Below the pieces are notes generated by a model. The model was not told where the DNA came from. It saw only the letters and a program-made list of their open reading frames with translations, and did not search any database. This document shows positions 17,803-26,918 of a stretch of 64,000 nt of DNA, piece by piece (position 1 is the stretch's first letter; every line of letters starts with the position of its first letter). The translations under genes were made by a program, and so were the position numbers. Source of the stretch: a bacterium (lineage in GTDB: Bacteria; UBP7; UBA6624; JBBIMK01); NCBI GenBank assembly GCA_037444445.1, contig JBBIMK010000009.1, positions 6-64,005 of the forward strand, given 5' to 3'.

Positions 17803-19389
17803 GTGAAAAGGTTGGGGCAGTGGGCAGGAATTCTCGTTTCTATCGGTATCTGGTGCACCACCCTGTGGGCAAAACCCGGTCCCTTCCCCGATGTCCCCAT
17901 CGACCACTGGGCTTATGACGCCGTGGAGTATCTGGCTTCCAAAGGTTTTGTGGAAGGATACCCCGATGGGGAGTTCAAGGGGGACCGGACGCTGACCCGC
18001 TACGAGTATGCCATGATTATCGCACGAATGGAGCGAAAACTCCTTCAGGAACTCAAGGAAATGGCAGGGCCATCAGCGGAAATCCTCTCCATGATTCAGC
18101 AGATGAAGGATGAATTCTCTGCTGAACTGGAGGATATTAAAGCCAAACTGGCTTCCCACGAGATGCGGCTGGAAGATTTAGAGACCCAGGTCGGTGGATT
18201 ATCCCAGCGGACGACTGCTCTGGAGCAGAAGGTGGAGAAGCATGAAGAAATTCTTGCCGCTCTGAAAAAGATTGATGTCTCAGGCTCCGCTTCCTTTGAT
18301 TATATCTGGGGAAGCGGGCAGAAATTTAATCCCACCCTTGCCGACTTCTCTCAGTCGGATGTGGACTTCTCCTTCGTTCTGGCTCTCCATATCCCTGTTG
18401 CCGAGACGGTGACCCTGGATTCTAAGGTAACCACCCTGGGACCACTGGGGACGACGAACATCTATGGCGGTGCTGGCACCGACCCTCCCCAGCCCTGCCC
18501 TCAGGGCATCGGCAAGCCCTTTGACCCCCTCGTTTCCTATAACTGCATCACCTACGGGAAATATGATGTTTTCCGCACCGGCGATTATCGCCTCCCCTCC
18601 ACCAACGACCAGACGAACAAAAGTTTTGACCTGAATGAAGCCTACATCACCTGGACGAAGGATTGGGGAAATATTCAAGCCACCTTCTGGGGTGGGAAAT
18701 TCAACCCCCACTGGTTTTCCTCCCCACTGTTCTTCAACCCTTACATCGGATACGAAGGCTTCGGCGCCATCTTCAACTGGAGAAAGAAATGGAACCTGAC
18801 GCTGGTAGATATGCGGACCGAGGACTTTACACAGGGTGCCCTCCCATCCCTTAATGACACGGACCTGGAATTGATTCAACTTTCTTCCCAGAATCGGGCG
18901 GTAAAAAATCTTGACTTCTCCTTCGGCTGGGTTTTCTCCAATACTTCCGACCTTCGCCAGGTCATCTCTGATTCCCCGGAAACCTTCCTCACCCATCTGG
19001 CTTATCGGATTCCCTACCGCCGCCCGCTGAAAATCTATGCCGCATTCGCTTCCAACGGTGAAGAATTCCGTGGCCCTCCCAATGCCAGCACGGATTACGC
19101 CGATGACATCTTCGCCAACTCCTGGATGATTGGAGTGAAACTCCGAAAAGCCGAAAATATTCGGGATTGGGCTCTGGATGTCAACTGGAAGGATGTGGGG
19201 CTGAACACGGGCTTGCCCGGCTACTTTACCCCGGATACGAAATTCCTCACCGCTACCTTTTCCTACCGGGCGGCTAAAAATACCCTCTGGAGCCTCCGCA
19301 TTGATTCCGGCACCTTCGGTGATAATGCCAGCATCCCCCGAGAGCCTACCGTTACCTCCTTCACCACAGGCGTCACCACCACCTTTTAA
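17803..19389 (+). CDS. S-layer-homology (SLH) domain outer-membrane protein: SLH + coiled coil + C-terminal beta-barrel (OmpM/Slp-like OM-peptidoglycan tether/porin)
   Basis: Signal peptide after GTG 17803, with GGAGGTG 8 nt upstream. SLH motif DVPIDHWAYDAVEYLASKGFVEGYPDGEFKGDRTLTRYEYA. Heptad-rich segment at about aa 90-170. Alternating beta-strand-like C-terminal half ending in aromatic Phe (TTTF), typical of OM beta-barrels. Confidence 0.78.
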   Translation: MKRLGQWAGILVSIGIWCTTLWAKPGPFPDVPIDHWAYDAVEYLASKGFVEGYPDGEFKGDRTLTRYEYAMIIARMERKLLQELKEMAGPSAEILSMIQQMKDEFSAELEDIKAKLASHEMRLEDLETQVGGLSQRTTALEQKVEKHEEILAALKKIDVSGSASFDYIWGSGQKFNPTLADFSQSDVDFSFVLALHIPVAETVTLDSKVTTLGPLGTTNIYGGAGTDPPQPCPQGIGKPFDPLVSYNCITYGKYDVFRTGDYRLPSTNDQTNKSFDLNEAYITWTKDWGNIQATFWGGKFNPHWFSSPLFFNPYIGYEGFGAIFNWRKKWNLTLVDMRTEDFTQGALPSLNDTDLELIQLSSQNRAVKNLDFSFGWVFSNTSDLRQVISDSPETFLTHLAYRIPYRRPLKIYAAFASNGEEFRGPPNASTDYADDIFANSWMIGVKLRKAENIRDWALDVNWKDVGLNTGLPGYFTPDTKFLTATFSYRAAKNTLWSLRIDSGTFGDNASIPREPTVTSFTTGVTTTF

Positions 19390-19490
19390 ACTTCTTATCC
19401 CACCCTCATCCCCTACCTCTTCCCATAAGTCCTGCCCACAGAAAAGGTCGTCTCTATTTCAGCCATTCTTGTGTGTAAGGTATTAGAAGA

Positions 19491-20717
19491 ATGAGATATC
19501 GTTTTCTTGTGGTGGGTGATGATGTAATTTCTCTTCTCCTTGCCAGCCGACTTCAGCAGTCAGGCCCAACCCTCCTCATCCGCTCCTGGGCTGGCTCTCC
19601 CCTGATGGAGATTTCCCATCGCCTCTTTCCTCTCCTTCCCCCTTTCTCCCTCCAAACCCTTTTACCTTTTTCTACTCCAGCCACGGGCATTTTGATACAC
19701 TCTGCCTTCCAAAATCAGCTTCACCCTCCAGCAGTCGGTCTGAAGATTCAAGGCGACCTTCTCACCTTCTTTCGCCACCTGGAACAGGTCTTCCCTCAGC
19801 AGGCTACAGTCCTTGCTTCCCTGCACCAGGATTTCTTCTCCCGCTATCCCGCCTTTCCACCTCACCTTCACGAATATCCCCTTCGCCAGATTTTTGAGCC
19901 CTTCAGCATCTACTTTTCACACCTTCCTCTCCTCAGTCTTTCTTTCCTTGCTCTTCGGAAATCCTTTCAGCAGTTTTCCCCCTCTCTTCTTTCTCTCGGT
20001 GAATTTACCCGAACCATAGAAAGGGAATTCCGCAAAGCAGGAGGTGAAATTGCAGAGTCCACCCGGGTTCACTCTTTTCTTTACCGGGGTGTTTTCCCTT
20101 CTGGTGTGTCCACCGTGGATGGTGAACCCCGTCACGCTCACTCTCTCTTTTTTGGGAACTCCCCCTTCCTCCATCAAAGGTTGAAAGCATTCTCCACGGG
20201 GATTTCTCCCTTTTTAGGCTATGGAATCTTAAAAACTCCCTTAAACCCGGAGGTTTCATTCATTTTCCGGATTTTTGACCGGGATTTTCCTCCGGTGGAA
20301 CAGAATTTCTTCTTTGCTTTTCTACTTCCCTGGGTGAAAGGGGAAGCGGAATATCCAGAAATTCGTGTGATTTTCGGCTATTTCAGTCGTGAAGACCACT
20401 GGGCAGGCTCTGGTGAAAAAGTAGAAAAGCGGTACCGGGCAACCCTTCTGGAAGCGGTGTCTGAAAGTGTGGGCCAGGTGGAGATTCTGCAGTTCCTCAC
20501 ACCGCTGGAAGTTCGGAATCACTCGCTGTTCTACACTTTCCCCACGCCCACTTACCTTCCCGGTGAGATTTCCCTTTCACGCAGGATGAAGTTCCGTTCC
20601 GCATTTCCACCCGCCTGCCGCCTACTGATTTCACCCGAGATGATGACAGGGGAGGCGGGAGCGTGGATTCTGCAGGCTGAACGCCTGGCGTTGCCCTACC
20701 TGAAAGTCCCGATGTAA
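19491..20717 (+). CDS. Hypothetical protein, weakly FAD/NAD-oxidoreductase-like (degenerate Rossmann N-terminus)
   Basis: 408-aa ORF. N-terminus RFLVVGDDVISLLLASRL resembles a degenerate dinucleotide-binding fold. C-terminal GE-containing segment resembles amine-oxidase/phytoene-desaturase C-termini. Composition is unusually L/P/F/S-rich. Confidence 0.4.
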   Translation: MRYRFLVVGDDVISLLLASRLQQSGPTLLIRSWAGSPLMEISHRLFPLLPPFSLQTLLPFSTPATGILIHSAFQNQLHPPAVGLKIQGDLLTFFRHLEQVFPQQATVLASLHQDFFSRYPAFPPHLHEYPLRQIFEPFSIYFSHLPLLSLSFLALRKSFQQFSPSLLSLGEFTRTIEREFRKAGGEIAESTRVHSFLYRGVFPSGVSTVDGEPRHAHSLFFGNSPFLHQRLKAFSTGISPFLGYGILKTPLNPEVSFIFRIFDRDFPPVEQNFFFAFLLPWVKGEAEYPEIRVIFGYFSREDHWAGSGEKVEKRYRATLLEAVSESVGQVEILQFLTPLEVRNHSLFYTFPTPTYLPGEISLSRRMKFRSAFPPACRLLISPEMMTGEAGAWILQAERLALPYLKVPM

Positions 20718-21255
20718 ACGCCAGCGTCCCGTCGCCTGCAGATTTTTTATTGATTTCTCCTCCCCGGGAAATGCGGAAAGAAAGTCAAAAACAGAAAAAG
20801 ATAGATTCTTTTACCTGTCCTTCCTACAAAAGATTGATTTTTTTACATTTCCTTTACACTATATAATGCCAGTGAAGTTAAAGAGAGAAAGAAACCGAAA
20901 TTTTTCGTTTTTCCCATTTACCGACTCTCTCTCGTAGTAGCCGTTGGTGGCAGGCTTTTTTCCTATCTCTTTGCCATTTTATACCCCTTATTATTCGGGA
21001 AAAGGCAATTCCTTATAGCCAGGCGACTGGGATATGAGAGCATTCGGCTGGAAGAGCGTCCTGCACCAGAAGACCCCACTCGCCCCGATTTCACGCTCCC
21101 CGATGTGCCCATGCCCCCAGAACCCGAACCACCCCCTGCACCACCCCCCTGAAGAGGAAAAGAGGAGCATTCTACTTTTTTATTGCCGTTGTCATCGCCT
21201 GTCCACCAGCATCCGCACAATTCTTGGGCAGATTTTCTTCTTTTGTGTAATCTTT

Positions 21256-22572
21256 TCAGTCTACCTCTTTTCTCTTCACGCCTTCTTTCAAGGAATGAGC
21301 GTCAACGCTGTGGATGATGTGCTCAAAATCAGGGCTCCACTGAGAAGTATGGCACTGCCGGCATTGAGTCCTGCGAGGCACGCTTACTTTCACCGAGGGA
21401 TTCAGGGTATGCGGAAGTGCAGGATTATGACAGGCTTCACATTGCACATTGATGAAGGTGGGCGTGTCTTTGATGTTCATAAACCCACCCGGTTTCCCAA
21501 ATCCCAGAGTATGGCAGGTAAGGCATTCGGGGTTATATTCATCCCGTGTGGGAATAAGAGAATTGATGGCGCGAGCGTGGCGGGAAGAAACCCACATTTC
21601 ATAGATTTTCTCGTGACAGCGCCGGCAGGAGAAAGCACCGGAATAATCTTTAGGTTTCCACCCCCGGCTTAACCCCAGGATTTCCCGCTGTTTCATATAC
21701 TCTTCCAGTAGAGGCAGAAGGGTCTTTGCATCTTCCTGCGTAGCCTTCACTGGATGCCATTTCACCTGCAGTTGGACAATGCTCCCGGCACGGATTAGCA
21801 TCACCAGCTCCGCCACCCCGAGTTGTGTCGCATTCCAGGACAGGATATGCACTTTACCGTATGATTTTGCGACGACAGGGGTATCTTTCTCCCGCATATC
21901 AGGAATGCTTCCCAGAACCAGGTCCACCTCTGGATACTGGTTGAGCCATTTCATCACATCCTTCAGCCTGCTCTCGTGAACCAAAAGGGCGAGGAGATTA
22001 CTTTCTGCTTTCAGCGTTTGCATGGCTTCTTCTAATTGTTGGGGATTTAGTGTAACATCCCCCATAGAAGGAATGCTTTTGGGGATGGCAGTAGCCACTC
22101 CGAGGACAAGTCCTCTACCAATCTCCTTTTTATAGATTCGGGGCAGGGTAGGGGATTCAATGTAAGTTCCGACAGCGGTGCACTTGCCTTCGGACAGGGA
22201 TGTCAGGATGCGGGCGCTGGTGAGAATTTCCTGCGGCCCCAGGGCGCAAACATCCACCCCTGCATCATCAAAACCCTGCCGAAATAGAGCGGCGCTCTGC
22301 TTCGCCATCACCAGGTCAGGCGGCAAAAAATTCCCCCCCTCCAGCGTAACCTGGATATTTCCCGCAGAGCGGAGCTCCTTTACTATCGCTACCTCTTTTA
22401 CCCACCCACCCCCCGAACCAGAACTCAGGATTCTTCCGTCCTCCCCATAAAGCCAGAGAAAACGAACAGTTTCTGACCTGTAAATGCTACAGGTGGAAAG
22501 GACGAAGAAAATCAGGAAATAACGGCGTCTCCACAACAGATTCACGGGCAATGTTCCATTCCTGCTACCCAT
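21256..22572 (-). CDS. Secreted multiheme c-type cytochrome (four CxxCH motifs) with a roughly 300-aa N-terminal domain of unknown function
   Basis: N-terminal signal/TM anchor. C-terminal 120 aa contain CRRCH, CLTCH, CEACH and CRQCH heme-binding motifs. Confidence 0.7.
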   Translation of the reverse strand: MGSRNGTLPVNLLWRRRYFLIFFVLSTCSIYRSETVRFLWLYGEDGRILSSGSGGGWVKEVAIVKELRSAGNIQVTLEGGNFLPPDLVMAKQSAALFRQGFDDAGVDVCALGPQEILTSARILTSLSEGKCTAVGTYIESPTLPRIYKKEIGRGLVLGVATAIPKSIPSMGDVTLNPQQLEEAMQTLKAESNLLALLVHESRLKDVMKWLNQYPEVDLVLGSIPDMREKDTPVVAKSYGKVHILSWNATQLGVAELVMLIRAGSIVQLQVKWHPVKATQEDAKTLLPLLEEYMKQREILGLSRGWKPKDYSGAFSCRRCHEKIYEMWVSSRHARAINSLIPTRDEYNPECLTCHTLGFGKPGGFMNIKDTPTFINVQCEACHNPALPHTLNPSVKVSVPRRTQCRQCHTSQWSPDFEHIIHSVDAHSLKEGVKRKEVD

Positions 22573-22616
22573 TCTCCCTGGGAGTGAAAAGATGCGGAGA
22601 ACGAAGGCTTCTTTCT

Positions 22617-22865
22617 TCAGTGTTCTATATCCTCTCGGGCTTCCCAGTAAGGGCAGTAGAAGGGATGGTCCTGAAGGAGCACCCGTCCATCAGAGTTTCT
22701 CATCACCGGCTCCATCATCGGATATTCCTCTCGCTTCCATCCTAAAAGATGGCAGGTTTCCTCTACACACAAAGTATCCTCCAGCCCTTGAACAGCATAC
22801 CCGCGCTCTTGAATCTCAAAATGTCTGCAGTTGATGCAGTGCTGAAGGATGGGTTTCATACCCAT
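22617..22865 (-). CDS. Small cysteine-rich protein (possible metal-binding), translationally coupled to the FBP aldolase/phosphatase gene
   Basis: 82 aa with Cys at CxxC (CINC), CVEETC, CPY. Its ATG overlaps the upstream TGA (TGATGG). Function unknown. Confidence 0.4.
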   Translation of the reverse strand: MGMKPILQHCINCRHFEIQERGYAVQGLEDTLCVEETCHLLGWKREEYPMMEPVMRNSDGRVLLQDHPFYCPYWEAREDIEH

Positions 22866-23965
22866 CAGGATTCTTTCTGAAACCGGTCCTTCAGCCTTTC
22901 AATAATTTGTGGGATGGTGGTGTATTCCATATTGGGAAGGGAAAGGCGGTGGGGTTCAAAAGGTCCATGAAGGCGCATATAAGAGGCAATTTCACCGGCA
23001 AAATAGCGGGAATTGTCAAAGGCAGGGTCGTCAAACAGGTCCACAGGACCCACCAGTTGCCCATTCGCCAGTTGAAATCCTGCAGAAATCACCCGGGGAG
23101 GTCCGTCAAATCGGCTGGTCTGGGCTTCCCGAAAGGGCACGGGGAAAAGGGGTCCAAAGTGGCTCCCCCGATTCCACCCTTCCACCAGATGAGGGAAGGC
23201 AAAGGCTTCCAGGATTTCCCCCACAGCAGGCAACCCGGCTTGCGCCCGAACTATCAGAACCGGGTCATCCTTCCCTACATACTTCCCCGCTATCAAAGCA
23301 AGTTTCTGCGTGGAGGCAGAGGCGCAAACCATTCCACCTCTGGTGAATACCTTCCGGACAAGATACCGCTCCACTGCTCCAATCAATGCCAGCAAATCAT
23401 ACATCTCTTCCGGGCAGTTGAGGCGAATGCTCTGATTTTCTTCTATATCCAGGATTTCAAACTGGAAGCCATCGTGCATTTTGGGGTCAATCACCAGGCC
23501 AGCGGTGCAGAAAGGGTCGGCAAACATACGATATACAGGAAGATTCCAGGCGCCCGGTGAACATTTATCCCCCATAAAAATCACCACCGGCTCTGATGGG
23601 CGTTCCTCTATTTCCATCTCCGCTACCCCCGGTCCTAAACCTTTCACATTCCCGCTGAAGGCATCTTTCAGAAGGTCCTGCCCTGCCCCATACAACTTCA
23701 ACTCCTTCGCCACCTCCGTGCATCCGACAAAAGTATCCCAGGCGATTTTGTGAATCTGCTCGCTATTTTCACCCATTTTATGAGTGAGAATCAATTCCAG
23801 GTCATCCCCGCAGGACATCACACAAAAATCAACAAGAACCCCTTTTTCCTTGTGAGCCTGAAGTTGCTCCTCAGCGGTGTCAATCAGGTCTTCGTGGATA
23901 TGCGAGTGCCCCACATACCCCCCCACATCTGCTTTAATCACACTCAGCGTTATTTTTTCAGCCAT
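22865..23965 (-). CDS. fbp: Bifunctional fructose-1,6-bisphosphate aldolase/phosphatase (archaeal-type, class V FBPase)
   Basis: N-terminus MAEKITLSVIKADVGGYVGHSHIHEDL matches the hallmark FBPA/P N-terminus, with family-wide similarity over about 366 aa. The internal ATG at 23965 was chosen; AAGGAGGG Shine-Dalgarno lies 7 nt upstream. Confidence 0.88.
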   Translation of the reverse strand: MAEKITLSVIKADVGGYVGHSHIHEDLIDTAEEQLQAHKEKGVLVDFCVMSCGDDLELILTHKMGENSEQIHKIAWDTFVGCTEVAKELKLYGAGQDLLKDAFSGNVKGLGPGVAEMEIEERPSEPVVIFMGDKCSPGAWNLPVYRMFADPFCTAGLVIDPKMHDGFQFEILDIEENQSIRLNCPEEMYDLLALIGAVERYLVRKVFTRGGMVCASASTQKLALIAGKYVGKDDPVLIVRAQAGLPAVGEILEAFAFPHLVEGWNRGSHFGPLFPVPFREAQTSRFDGPPRVISAGFQLANGQLVGPVDLFDDPAFDNSRYFAGEIASYMRLHGPFEPHRLSLPNMEYTTIPQIIERLKDRFQKES

Positions 23966-24497
23966 CCGGCATCCCTCCTTTCGTTCTTCGTCCATACTCA
24001 TTATAACAAATTGTGGATGAGCGTTCGCAGTAACCCGCCCGAGATTTTTCCTCACTCTATGAAATGAAACTTTATCCCGACCCACTCGTGATTCCTGAAA
24101 CCAGGTATGTCATTTTCTGATTATTCCTATTGTCTACTTCCTGAATTTCGTGGTTGAGGATATTCCTCACCTCCTTTCCATAAGAGGAATGGAAGAATAC
24201 GCACGAGGGATTTTACCTGACCATTTGACTTTGGAATAATTTTGTAGTCATATTATCGTGCTCATGCTATGAGATTTGATAAGGGAAAGAGGAAGCCTTT
24301 TATGACAATGAGGGGGCAGGGAGAAAGTGGTAGGGTGCCGGGTTTTATCTCCTCCTTATGCCTTTGCTTTTCTATATCTACCCCCCCCCGTATAATCGCC
24401 TTTTCAACCCTTTCTGCTGGCTCATCCCTAAAATTCCTCTCTTTTTGGGAACTTTCTGGCAAAAAAGGAAGTCCACTTTATCAGGAGGTGGTAAAAT

Positions 24498-26918
24498 ATG
24501 AAGCGAGGGAAGGTGGGAATTCTGCTGAAGGCAATCTGGGGCGCCTTCCTGTTGTATGCACTTTTTTCCTGCGGCGGAGGGGGTTCCGCTACTACACCTG
24601 CGCCTGCGGCCCGAAGCCAGAAAATAATAGTGCCGTTTTCGGCGGGAAGAGGTGGTTTGCCGAGCAGCTCCCATAGAACTGCAATGACGAACCCGGCTGA
24701 GAATGCGACAGATACAACCAGCTCATCCCTGCCTCCAGCGACCCTGACACAGGAAGGTTTGCTGGAAGGACCGCCGGATTGGCGAGTCAACGAGCATCTT
24801 CCCTCTGTCCCGTTCCCGGAGTCGTTTCTCTGGGAGTTTGTGGATTCCCGGGGCCGCGCTTTCACGGAAACCGGCAGGGCTCACATAAATGTGCGGGAGT
24901 TCGGGCTTGTCCTCAGGGACTCCACGACACTGTTTCAATTGTCAGAACTGCTTCACCTCACGGATGCGTCCATATTGGGCGCAAGCCCAAAGATGAAGAT
25001 GCTTTTTGTGCGCCTCAAACAGCGACGGAATCTGGACGAATATCTCGCCTTGCTGAATCGTTTAGAAGAAGACCCCCGAGTGGAGAGGGTGATTCCGCAA
25101 GTGACTGTGTACAAAGCCTCAGCGCTCGTTCCTACTGATGAAGCAGACTGGCGCTGGGAAGTCAGTCCAGGTGGAGGCAACTGGAATTTTGAGGCAGTAA
25201 GAGTGCCCCAGGCATGGAGCCTTATGGGCTGGATTTACAGGAGACAGAATCTGGTCACCGGGGGCATCGTAGACGAGGGTTTTTTCCTTCACCCAGACCT
25301 CTCAATGAACCATGAGGAATTGAACGGTGCCAATCCAAGACTTGACAATCATCATGGAACCGGAGTTGCTGGAGTGTGGGCTGCCCTATGGGGCTCCACC
25401 GTGCAACAGAGATGGCTGGACGGAGTGCTACCGAACTCTATTCTGACCCTGTGGGGTTTAACGGGGCGAAATGTGCCGCCCCGCGGACCCGGTGACCCTC
25501 GCTGGCCCCCTCCCTGCGACATTTTCGGGCCCCAGGATGACTACGGCAAACAGTGTCTCTTCTGGCTCCAATTGTTAGATGACCTTTTCTCACAGAACAA
25601 GTTTCTGGACCTGCACCCGGAAATCAGCGTCCTGAATCTCAGCATCGGATATGGGTGTTTGTTCGCAGGCGATGCGGCGGATCCTCCCGGTAACCCTCCT
25701 GACGAGCGAGCCCGTCAAATCGCTGAGATGCTGGGCAGGGATTTTGCGCACCACTTCCAGAGCCGGGCAGACACTCTTCTACTGTTCCAGGCTGCTATGA
25801 ACTGCTACCTGAGGCGCCTGGATGAAGCCGAGGACGATGCCCGCTGGAATTCTCCCTCCTGCTATGCGTCCATAGTGGGCGACCCCACCTCCAATCCCCC
25901 TGTGCCACCCCAACAAAACATCATCTGCGTGGAAGCCACGAAGAACGCGGCGGGTTATCCGCTCGCCGGTTTCTCCAATGTGAGCGGGCAACTCTCCGCC
26001 CCGGGAAATAGCGTCACAGTATTGCTTGGAGTAGATGAAACAGCCGGGACTTCCGGCACATCCTATGCCAGCCCGCTATCCGCCGGTGCGGCATCCCTTC
26101 TGAAGTCATTCCGTCCGAGCCTGACGGTGACGCAGATTCGTCAGGCGCTTCTGACCTATTCCCGCTCCACGCCGGCAAACCAGCCTGAACCTCGGCGCGC
26201 ACCGATGCTGGATGCCTTCTACGCTCTCACCGGGCTGGACCTGATGGCAGGAAATACCGATGTCCAGAGGGAACTGGTGGATGCGGATGATGGGACGGTG
26301 GACGGGAACCTGCGGATGAGGGTATTCACCAGCGACCCGAACCCGGATGATGTTCACGCCATCCCGCCCGGAGGAACAACCCCAGACCACCGACGCGGGG
26401 ACGGGTATGTGACCCCACGCGATTTCCGCACCTTCCGGGATGTCTTCCTTCAGGTTCGCTCTGTGGAGGATGCCAATCTCGCTCCGCTCATCTCTCTGGA
26501 CGGTTCTGCGACGCATTTCAAGAGGGATTTGAATATGGACGGATGTTTGAGGGCGAGGGCGGATGCCTGCGACCCCAGCACCAATCCCTGCGTCCCCGCC
26601 AATCCCCCACACCCGGTGGACATCCCTACTCCCACCAACTGCTCGGCAGAAACCGGCGCTCCGGTGGAGAATGTCTATCCCCGGTATGATTTCAACGGGG
26701 ATGGGAGAATCACGGCTAATGCGGTCAATCCCGCCTCCGGCGATGTGGCGCCGTTCAAGATTGACCCGGACACCCACTGCACCGGGCTCAACCAGCCTGC
26801 CGGATGTCTGCGGGATATAGATGTGATGGCGCAGGTGTGGGATGCCTCTTCCTGCGAGCTTCCCGCCGGAGAATCAGCCGGTTGCCCGTCAGCACTATAT
26901 AGAGAATGTGGGCAATGA
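24498..26918 (+). CDS. Subtilisin-like (S8) serine peptidase lipoprotein with C-terminal Ca-binding dockerin/EF-hand-like repeats
   Basis: GGAGGTG RBS, then a signal peptide with lipobox LFSC. S8 triad motifs are present: Asp region GGIVDEG, His HHGTGVAG, Ser GTSYASPLSAG. Downstream are D-x-D/N-x-D-G loops (YDFNGDGRI, DLNMDGCLRA). Confidence 0.75.
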   Translation: MKRGKVGILLKAIWGAFLLYALFSCGGGGSATTPAPAARSQKIIVPFSAGRGGLPSSSHRTAMTNPAENATDTTSSSLPPATLTQEGLLEGPPDWRVNEHLPSVPFPESFLWEFVDSRGRAFTETGRAHINVREFGLVLRDSTTLFQLSELLHLTDASILGASPKMKMLFVRLKQRRNLDEYLALLNRLEEDPRVERVIPQVTVYKASALVPTDEADWRWEVSPGGGNWNFEAVRVPQAWSLMGWIYRRQNLVTGGIVDEGFFLHPDLSMNHEELNGANPRLDNHHGTGVAGVWAALWGSTVQQRWLDGVLPNSILTLWGLTGRNVPPRGPGDPRWPPPCDIFGPQDDYGKQCLFWLQLLDDLFSQNKFLDLHPEISVLNLSIGYGCLFAGDAADPPGNPPDERARQIAEMLGRDFAHHFQSRADTLLLFQAAMNCYLRRLDEAEDDARWNSPSCYASIVGDPTSNPPVPPQQNIICVEATKNAAGYPLAGFSNVSGQLSAPGNSVTVLLGVDETAGTSGTSYASPLSAGAASLLKSFRPSLTVTQIRQALLTYSRSTPANQPEPRRAPMLDAFYALTGLDLMAGNTDVQRELVDADDGTVDGNLRMRVFTSDPNPDDVHAIPPGGTTPDHRRGDGYVTPRDFRTFRDVFLQVRSVEDANLAPLISLDGSATHFKRDLNMDGCLRARADACDPSTNPCVPANPPHPVDIPTPTNCSAETGAPVENVYPRYDFNGDGRITANAVNPASGDVAPFKIDPDTHCTGLNQPAGCLRDIDVMAQVWDASSCELPAGESAGCPSALYRECGQ

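Noticed and set aside
20963-21672. ORFs 20963-21220 (-) and 21034-21672 (+) in and next to the large intergenic gap.
   Set aside because: The plus ORF is largely antisense to the C-terminal heme-binding region of the cytochrome gene. The minus ORF is a Gly-rich low-complexity translation with no RBS. Both are treated as non-coding, and the region is flagged instead as a possible sRNA.
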